Below the pieces are notes generated by a model. It did no database searches. It saw nothing but the letters and a program-made list of their open reading frames with translations, and had not been told where the DNA came from. DNA of 64,000 nucleotides from Dehalococcoidia bacterium. Lineage in GTDB: Bacteria; Chloroflexota; Dehalococcoidia; Bin125. Both the position numbers and the translations under genes were made by a program. This document shows positions 57,742 through 64,000 of the stretch, piece after piece. The stretch's first letter is position 1, and each line of letters starts with the position of its first letter. The DNA lies in NCBI GenBank assembly GCA_963662615.2, contig CAXXSR010000001.1:832001-896000 (forward strand), written 5' to 3'.

Positions 57742-58770
57742 ATGGCGACACGAATCGGCATCATTGGGGCGGGCGCCATCGGCTCGCTCGTGGGGGGGAT
57801 GCTGAGCAAGGCCGGGCGCGACGTCACGTTGGTCGATCCCTGGCCCGCGCACGTCGAGAAGATGAAGCGCGACGGCCTCCACCTCTCGGGGTCGCTGGGC
57901 GACTTCACGATTCCGGTGCGCGCCCTCCACATCTCCGATCTCCAAGGGGTGGCCGAGCCGTTCAATCTGGCCTTCGTGGCGGTCAAGTCGTACGACACGG
58001 ACTGGGCCACGACGCTGATCGCCCCCTTCGTCGCCGACGATGGGGCGGTGGTGTCCGCGCAGAACGGGATCAACGACGATCGCGTGGCGGCGATCGCCGG
58101 GCGCGAGCGCACGCTGGGCTGTGTGATCACGCTGGGCGCCGGCCTCTCTGAGCCCGGGCACGCCGTGCGCACCGACAGCAACGCCGTGGGCTTTCGCGTC
58201 GGCGAGCTGGACGGGAAGGAGACGGAGCGGGCCGGCGAGATCGCGGCGGTGCTCAGCGACGTCGCCAAGACGGTCGTGACCACGAACCTGTGGGGCGAGC
58301 GCTGGGCGAAGCTGGCCACGAACTGCATGGCCAACCCCATTGCCGGGCTGACGGGCTACGGCTCGGCCGAGCTGCGTCGCAGGCCGGAGACACGACGGGT
58401 GAGTATCCAGATCGCCGCTGAGGTGATCCGCGTGGGGCGCGCGCTGGGGCACCACGTGGAGACGGTGTCCGGCATGGAACCGGATCGTCTGCTGGACGCG
58501 GCCGAGGGGTGGGGGCTGGCGGAGCTGGAGGCGCAGATGGAGGAGGGTGCGGCGCGGCTGGGCGAGGGGCGCCCTTCGTTCCTGCAGGACGTGATGCGAG
58601 GGCGGCGCACGGAGATCGATTTCCTCAACGGCTACGTGTCGGAGCAGGGTCGCAAGGTCGCCATCGCCACGCCGTTCAACGACGGCGTGGTGAAAGCGGT
58701 GCACGCCTTCCCGGTGGGCTCGCTTGTGCCGGACCCCAAGAACCTGGAGTCCGTGGCCGCGCTGCTGTAA
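57742..58770 (+). CDS. panE: Ketopantoate reductase family protein
   Basis: IIGAGAIG, VKSYDT, QNG, W.KL..N...N, SFLQD...RRTEID.LNG. Confidence 0.88.
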   Translation: MATRIGIIGAGAIGSLVGGMLSKAGRDVTLVDPWPAHVEKMKRDGLHLSGSLGDFTIPVRALHISDLQGVAEPFNLAFVAVKSYDTDWATTLIAPFVADDGAVVSAQNGINDDRVAAIAGRERTLGCVITLGAGLSEPGHAVRTDSNAVGFRVGELDGKETERAGEIAAVLSDVAKTVVTTNLWGERWAKLATNCMANPIAGLTGYGSAELRRRPETRRVSIQIAAEVIRVGRALGHHVETVSGMEPDRLLDAAEGWGLAELEAQMEEGAARLGEGRPSFLQDVMRGRRTEIDFLNGYVSEQGRKVAIATPFNDGVVKAVHAFPVGSLVPDPKNLESVAALL

Positions 58771-58802
58771 GCGCAGGCCGCGCAGCCCCCGAAGTGGGGG
58801 CG

Positions 58803-59453
58803 CTATGAACCGGCGCGTGGAGCCGCGGAGTCGTCCCCGCCTCGGCGCGCTGCTCTGCGCATGAAGCGGGCGGCGACGGCGAGGGCGAGTGCGCCCCCGG
58901 CGGCGGCGAAAAGACGCGGGGCCGGCCGTAGCCGGGTGGGCGCCGGGGGGCTGGGGATGGCGGCGCGCGCTTGGGGGCTGGCGGCGTTCCGGCGCGCGAG
59001 TTCCAGCCGCAGACTCTCCTCTCCCGTGGCCATGGCCCAGCGATGATTCGCCGCGAACACCGGCTTGAGGAGAGGGGAGAGGGCGCGTAGCAGCATCTTG
59101 CGGGCGCGGATGCGCCAGTCATAGGTGACGTCCACGAAGGGGCCGTCCTGCTCGAAGGTCCAGACGCCCCGGCCCACGAAATCGCCCCAGGCCTCCAGCG
59201 CGAAGCCGTGGGGGCGGTCCACGTCCGTAACGCGGAAGCGCCAGCGCAGCGTGTAGGGCAGCCAGCCCTTCGTATAGAGATCGATCACGCGGCCGATGCC
59301 GCGGTCGTCGCCGGGCTCCAGCTCGCGGACGTCCAGGTAGACGGCGGGCCACCAGCGGGGGAGATCGGTGGCGTCGCCAAGGGTGTCGGCGACCTCCTCG
59401 GCCGTGCCCTGCAGGCGCCAGCGCGTAACGAAGTGGTAGTCGTTGGAGGGCAT
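58803..59453 (-). CDS. SRPBCC (polyketide cyclase-like) family protein
   Basis: YHF.T.W, P.WW, LPYTL, GD..G.G.W, YDW, F..NH.WAM..GE..L pattern. Confidence 0.82.
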   Translation of the reverse strand: MPSNDYHFVTRWRLQGTAEEVADTLGDATDLPRWWPAVYLDVRELEPGDDRGIGRVIDLYTKGWLPYTLRWRFRVTDVDRPHGFALEAWGDFVGRGVWTFEQDGPFVDVTYDWRIRARKMLLRALSPLLKPVFAANHRWAMATGEESLRLELARRNAASPQARAAIPSPPAPTRLRPAPRLFAAAGGALALAVAARFMRRAARRGGDDSAAPRAGS

Positions 59454-59653
59454 GCGCACCTCAATACCGCGGGGTAAAACCGCCGGGTGTTACCGCCGGG
59501 TCGGCGTCCGAGTGAGGATAGCGCCGGCTGCAGGCGCCCTCTCAGACGGGAGCCCGCCGCGGCCGTCGGCGGCGGGGCATGCCGTAGACTGTGGCGACTC
59601 CGGGAGCTGCGGGCGCGGACCGTCCGGGGGCGGGCCGTCTGCCTTGCGGCCCG

Positions 59654-59696
59654 GCCGTCACGAACAGGCCGTCACGAACAGGCCGTCGCGAACAGG
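59654..59696 (+). repeat. 14-bp tandem repeat x3 (GGCCGTCRCGAACA) ending in the VOC gene RBS
   Basis: Read directly; third unit runs into AGGAGGA. Confidence 0.85.
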
Positions 59697-59704
59697 AGGA
59701 GATC

Positions 59705-60142
59705 GTGATCACGGGGATGAATCACACAGGCTTCGTGGTGAAGGACCTTGAGGGCACCATCGCCTTCTATCGCGACGTGATGGGGCTGACGGTGGATGAC
59801 CCGATCGTGCGGCAAGGCGCGCCTATCTCTCAGGTCGTGGGCTACGAACACACGCACTTGATCCGCGCTTTCCTCCACTTCGGCGACGGCCATAACCTGG
59901 AGCTGCTGCAGTACTATCATCCGCCCAGCGGGGAGCGGCCCGCCGCCAGCGCGGAGCGCAACACGATCGGCGCGAGCCATCTCGCCTTCGACGTGGACGA
60001 CATTGAGGCGACGTATCAAGATCTGGTGGGACGAGGCGCGCGCGGGCTGAAGCCGCCGGCGGAAGTGGCGCCGGGCCGCAAGGCTTGTTACCTGCAGGAC
60101 CCGGACGGCAACTGGATCGAGCTGGTCGAGTTCCACGGGTAA
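59705..60142 (+). CDS. VOC (glyoxalase/bleomycin resistance) family protein
   Basis: NHTGFVV.DLE....FYRD..G, LELLQY, HLAF.VDD, DPDGN.IEL; AGGAGG before GTG. Confidence 0.92.
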   Translation: MITGMNHTGFVVKDLEGTIAFYRDVMGLTVDDPIVRQGAPISQVVGYEHTHLIRAFLHFGDGHNLELLQYYHPPSGERPAASAERNTIGASHLAFDVDDIEATYQDLVGRGARGLKPPAEVAPGRKACYLQDPDGNWIELVEFHG

Positions 60143-60303
60143 GGCGCTGCCGGGGCGCACGGCAGCGTTGCGCCCGGGAGCGTTGCGCCCGGGCGCGGTG
60201 GCGCCGTTGCCCCCGGCCGCTTTGGCGCCGCCTGATGCGGGCGCGCCGCCTGATGCGGACGCCGCGACGATGGCGAGACCGGCCTCGTTGAGACGAGACC
60301 GGC

Positions 60304-60765
60304 CTAGCTGGGGTAGGTATCCGCCGGCTGCGCGTGATCGTCGCCGAAACTGTGCGCCAGCGCCCGCAAGTAGCGATTGATCTCCCGCGTGTGTCCACCG
60401 CGGTAGCGGCTGACGAGGCGCATCACGGGGTTCTGCACCCAGCCGTCTTCCGTAATCACCAGGCGACACCCGGTCCCGGCTTCCTCCAGCGTGAAGCGCC
60501 ACTCGCCGCCAAAGGCGCCGGGATCGGCGATGCGCCGAACGAGGCGGCGGGGCCGCTCTTCCTCCACCGTCTCCATGAGCAGGTCGCCTTCTCGCCAGAC
60601 GGGACGATCATCCCGATCGGCGACGCGATGCACGCCCTGGAGCTTGGGCCGCCAGTCGGGCGAGTTGGCGTAGTCGGTGATGCGTGCCCAGACGGCGTCG
60701 TGGTTCTGGGCGATCTGGATCGTGCGCGCCACCCGATGCTCACGCGCTGGTAAGAGAGAAGGCAT
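60304..60765 (-). CDS. SRPBCC family protein
   Basis: VW..ITD....P.WR, P.RLV.RI.D...FGG.W.F.L, ITEDG.V.NP..R. Confidence 0.82.
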   Translation of the reverse strand: MPSLLPAREHRVARTIQIAQNHDAVWARITDYANSPDWRPKLQGVHRVADRDDRPVWREGDLLMETVEEERPRRLVRRIADPGAFGGEWRFTLEEAGTGCRLVITEDGWVQNPVMRLVSRYRGGHTREINRYLRALAHSFGDDHAQPADTYPS

Positions 60766-60932
60766 GGCGAGATCCCCTTTCGTCTGCACGCCGCGGCGCA
60801 CTCATTGCGAAAGGGCGCCCGCCGGCGCGGGTGTAGTCTACAGCGCGCGGCGGATCGCTGGATCGGCCGCGCGAGCCGCGGGGGATCGTGCGTCGATATC
60901 GCCCTGGCTCCCCCGCGCGAGGTGCGGCGGCG

Positions 60933-61433
60933 CTACCCGAGCCCAAAGGCGACGTTGAGCCGGCCCCGGAAGAGGAAGCTGCCCACGGCCCAGCCCAATT
61001 CGAGGATCTCGGGTTCGCTGTAGTGGCGCCGAAGCTGCTCGAAGAACTCGTCGTCGATTCCACGCGGATCGTAAGCGAACAGCTCGGCGAAGCGGAGGGC
61101 GACCTTCTCGCGATCGCTGAAATCCTCGTTCTCGAAGTTGGCGAGCTTGCTGATCCGCTCCTCGGCCGCGACCTGCTTCTCGTCCAGAGAAGCGCGCAGA
61201 CCGAGTCAATACGAGCAGTCGTTGAGCTCCGCGAGCTTGAGGCGCACCAGCTCCTTCAGCTCCGGCTCCAGGCGGCCGCCGGTTCGCAAGGGAGTCATGA
61301 ACGCGGTGAATGACTTGAGAAAGTCCGGGGCTTGGGCAAACATGCGAATCTCGGTGTCGCCATCCGAGCCGTCCAGCCAGGAGCGCACTTCAGGGTCCAT
61401 CTCGTCATCGGCGAGGAGGCGCAATCGTGCCAT
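60933..61433 (-). CDS. AhpD/carboxymuconolactone decarboxylase family selenoprotein (CxxU), 166 aa with TGA read-through
   Basis: L....KELVRL..A..NDCSY-TGA(61206-61208)-LGLR...FSDREKVALRFAE...F..LR.HYSE.EI.EL continues in frame to TAG at 60933-60935. Confidence 0.88.
61161..61205 (-). promoter_or_regulatory. Bacterial SECIS-like hairpin immediately 3' of the UGA
   Basis: mRNA UGA-CUCGGU..GCUUCUC-UGGAC-GAGAAGC..GCCGAG: 7-bp apical stem, G-containing 5-nt loop starting 19 nt after UGA, basal stem CUCGGU/GCCGAG. Confidence 0.75.
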
Positions 61434-61551
61434 GGCGGGGGACTCCGTTGCAGGCTAGAAGCGGACCCGACATCTGCCGGGCAGGTGCTCGGGAGTCTAG
61501 TCCGGTTGGCCGCACAAGTCAGTCTTTATTGAGGCTACCAGCGGCGCCATC

Positions 61552-61773
61552 GTGCTGGTGGCGCCGGTCGCGAGCCTGTTGGAGTACGCGTTGGAGCGGA
61601 ACGGCCGCTCCGAGATCGTCCTGGTCTCCCCGGACGAGCTGGAGCAGCTGCAATGTTGGAGTTGGTGGAGACGGGGGGGGCCGTCCTCCGCCACTCCACC
61701 AGGGCTCTGGGTTCCGTACCCGGTCAAGCGTGAGTGGGGCGCATACGCCATCGCCTGGAAGCAGGCGGCGTGA
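61552..61773 (+). CDS. Hypothetical ORF or 3' gene fragment coupled to recombinase 1
   Basis: TGATG overlap with next ORF; frame is open back to 61501 without a clear start/RBS. Confidence 0.4.
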   Translation: MLVAPVASLLEYALERNGRSEIVLVSPDELEQLQCWSWWRRGGPSSATPPGLWVPYPVKREWGAYAIAWKQAA

Positions 61774-63215
61774 TGGCTGACACTCGCCGGCCAGTTGGCC
61801 TTCAAGAGCGCGTTGATCATTTCCGCGTTTCGCCGCCGCAACCGCCGGAACTCGGCCCCGTGGAGAAGCCAGAAGAAGGAGCCCGACTACTAAGCAGCGA
61901 TCAGACATTTTCCTCTGACACTGGTTCCGCTGATGGGGGAGGGGGGATCGAAAGTCCCACCCCATCGACCTCGGAACCCGCTGTCACCATGTTTCCCCGC
62001 CCCGCCCGAAAGTCCGGCCGGTTTTGCGATGTACTCCCGCCCCTGTCGGTACGGGTTTCAGAGTCGGATCAGCGCCGGTTCGCGCTCCTCGACTTCGAGG
62101 GACTCAGGCCGCCCAAGGTTCGCCGCCGCACCTACCGCTGCCAACCCATCGCCCCACCGCAGCGTGACGACCTCGACCGGCTGTACGAAGAGCGCGTCGC
62201 CGGACGGCTGCGGAAGCGCAGCATCGAAACATATCGATGGCTCAGGAAGGACATGCTCAGATGCGCGTCCAACGCGGCGGGACGCAACGTCGTCCGCATC
62301 CTCGACCTGTTTATGGATCGCGATCTGCTGGGCCGGGCGCTGGTCTCCGACCGTCTCGCCGATGGCAAAATCTGCTCCAAGTCCACGATTGCGCACCGCC
62401 GGACCGCAATCCGCTCAGTCGCGACGATGCTGCGGCCGGAACTCCAGGCCGACCTCGGGCGCGATCCGCACGAGATCATCCGTGAGGCGCTGCGGTCCGT
62501 GGCGGAGCGTCGGGGAGGGGGCTACCGTATCAACGCCGGTTCACCCCGCACGCGCGGGGGACCTACGCCGAGCCCTGAGGACCGTTGCGCCATGATCGCC
62601 GCGATGGGGCGCGCCGAAGGCTGGATCGGCCTCCGGGATCGCGCGTTCGCGACGCTGCTGGCGAGCACAGCCTCTCGGGTGAACGCCCTCCGGACGCTCG
62701 AAGGTGTGGACTGTCACTCTCTACCAAGGGATCGTGTCCGGGTGCTCCTGCACCAGAAGAACGGGCGCGAACGTCACGAGGTGGAACTGGATCGGGTGTC
62801 CCGCGAGGCGCTGCGCCTGTACATGTTCGCCTTCAACGAAGCGATGAGGGGCGCAGGCCGACCCTACCGGATCGTCCTAGGGAAGCCGGGACCAATCTGG
62901 CGCACCGAACGCGGGGTGCAGATGCCGGAGAAGGCACTGCGGGCTGCGCTCCGCCGTGCGTGCGTCGTGGCCGGGACGCCGGGCTACACGCCTCACGCTT
63001 TCCGCCGCGCGTGGGCGACGGCGGCGGCGGAGGTGCTCCCTCGGTGGGAGGGCGCGCTCGGCGGTGGATGGCGCGGAACCGAGCGGTTCGATGCCTCCTA
63101 CGTAACTCCGAGTCGCGCGTCGGTCTGGCGAAAACTCGCGGCAGTTGCCGTGGAGCATCCGGCGGATCGACCGGAACCGGAGCAGGCGCAGCATGAGCCA
63201 GCGCGCGCTCTTTGA
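61773..63215 (+). CDS. Tyrosine recombinase/integrase (divergent)
   Basis: LRDRA...LLASTASRVNA (R), HQKNG (K), TPHAFRR (HxxR), GGGW (W), ASYV (Y); start uncertain. Confidence 0.85.
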   Translation: MADTRRPVGLQERVDHFRVSPPQPPELGPVEKPEEGARLLSSDQTFSSDTGSADGGGGIESPTPSTSEPAVTMFPRPARKSGRFCDVLPPLSVRVSESDQRRFALLDFEGLRPPKVRRRTYRCQPIAPPQRDDLDRLYEERVAGRLRKRSIETYRWLRKDMLRCASNAAGRNVVRILDLFMDRDLLGRALVSDRLADGKICSKSTIAHRRTAIRSVATMLRPELQADLGRDPHEIIREALRSVAERRGGGYRINAGSPRTRGGPTPSPEDRCAMIAAMGRAEGWIGLRDRAFATLLASTASRVNALRTLEGVDCHSLPRDRVRVLLHQKNGRERHEVELDRVSREALRLYMFAFNEAMRGAGRPYRIVLGKPGPIWRTERGVQMPEKALRAALRRACVVAGTPGYTPHAFRRAWATAAAEVLPRWEGALGGGWRGTERFDASYVTPSRASVWRKLAAVAVEHPADRPEPEQAQHEPARAL

Positions 63216-64000
63216 CCTCGATTCCATTGACCCGGTCCCTAAGCGAGGCCGCCTCGACGCGGATTCCGAGGCGTTCCTAGCGCGCTATCGAGACCACTAC
63301 CGCGGTGACCGATCGGATGGGGCGCTCCGTGGCGAGGTCTCACAGTTGCGAAGCCTCGTCCGTGAGGCTGTCCGTCAGGGCGGGGGCTCCAGGCTTCCCG
63401 AGGTCCTGTCGAACTGTTCTGCGCTGGCAGGAGTGCTAACCGCTCCGGCGAAGCGGCCCTCTGCGGCCACGGCCTTGATCCGACTCGGGGCAATCAATGC
63501 GGCACTCCTCTTCCTGTTCGGCGAGGACGAGGGGAGGCGGCGAATCGACGAACTCGACAAGGCACTCCCGAAGCGTGCCGAAGCCGAGTGGTACCAGAGC
63601 GGCGTAATCTTGGCCGGCGAGCGGGCGCGGCGGCGGGCTCAGAGCCCCACGATCGAGCCGGGCGACTTGTTGCGCATCGTGGAGGCCGCTGGAGCCAGGA
63701 GGCGAACGGCGCTCTCTCTCCGTGACCGCCTGCTCATCGCGGTCCACTGCTACAGCGGGCTCGGCGCGGGCGAGATCCGGGTGCTCCGGTGGGACGACCT
63801 GAGATGGGAGTCCGAGGGCGAGGCGTGGAGTGCGGCTGCGGCGCGCGGCACGAAGCGGACGCGCCTTGCGATCTTCGGCCCGGCTGCTTCCCTCATGATT
63901 CGCCATCGCCTGGAGGCTGAGGCGTTCGACGAGTATGCGTTCGCTAACTCCCGAGGCGAGACCCTCACCGACCGTCAGGTGCGGCGCATTGTCCTCGCCG
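63193..64000 (+). CDS. Second tyrosine recombinase-like protein (3' truncated by window edge; absent from ORF track)
   Basis: Open frame from ATG 63193 to end: LRDRLLIAVHCYSGLGAGEIRVLRWDDL, RGTKR, F.NSRG..LT.RQVRRIV; overlaps recombinase 1 by 23 nt. Confidence 0.82.
   Translation, partial: MSQRALFDLDSIDPVPKRGRLDADSEAFLARYRDHYRGDRSDGALRGEVSQLRSLVREAVRQGGGSRLPEVLSNCSALAGVLTAPAKRPSAATALIRLGAINAALLFLFGEDEGRRRIDELDKALPKRAEAEWYQSGVILAGERARRRAQSPTIEPGDLLRIVEAAGARRRTALSLRDRLLIAVHCYSGLGAGEIRVLRWDDLRWESEGEAWSAAAARGTKRTRLAIFGPAASLMIRHRLEAEAFDEYAFANSRGETLTDRQVRRIVLA

Larger units (their letters stand above)
61460..64000. mobile_element. Left part of a putative integrative element with tandem tyrosine recombinases
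   Basis: Shift in composition/codon style after the AhpD-like gene, truncated ORF, two overlapping recombinase genes; boundaries not defined. Confidence 0.6.

Noticed and set aside
61206-61433. 75-aa stand-alone ORF / nonsense pseudogene reading of the AhpD-like gene
   Set aside because: TGA falls exactly at the redox Cys position and is followed by a SECIS-like hairpin and intact downstream coding sequence, so recoding is more parsimonious
63193-63215. QRALF at N-terminus of recombinase 2 as a beta-clamp binding motif
   Set aside because: Only a loose match to QL(S/D)LF and lies in a gene overlap; not supportable without homologue conservation

Overview
High-GC bacterial chromosome segment. 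Gene content (aroK-aroB fusion, F420-type LLM oxidoreductase, large Alu-type SRP RNA, DEDDh-DinG) suggests Chloroflexota/Dehalococcoidia-like origin (inference only). Mostly housekeeping: mltG-aroE-aroC-aroKB, moeA, pheST, infC-rpmI-rplT, biotin carboxylase/carrier, thrS, three tRNAs, oppDF, lepA, SRP RNA, rsmA-ispE, dinG, cca, rnc-smc-ftsY, a NuoE/NuoF-like pair, mutS-mutL, acyl-CoA synthetase, 2-oxoacid dehydrogenase E1a/E1b/E2 and panE. Four visibly lower-GC accessory inserts: small Cys-rich ORF + PD-(D/E)XK-like ORF (6.4-7.3 kb), m6A MTase + EcoRI-family endonuclease (13.4-15.7 kb), DUF4145 gene (27.3-28.1 kb) and tandem tyrosine recombinases at the right edge. Most notable signals missed by the ORF track: an AhpD/CMD-family selenoprotein (CxxU, in-frame TGA plus SECIS-like hairpin), a 28-codon mini-ORF upstream of rplT that copies the L20 N-terminus, a second recombinase lacking its catalytic Arg, REP-like palindromes translated in-frame in E2 linkers, a probable lpdA relic, a CTG start for infC, and pervasive micro-duplications at gene starts and ends.
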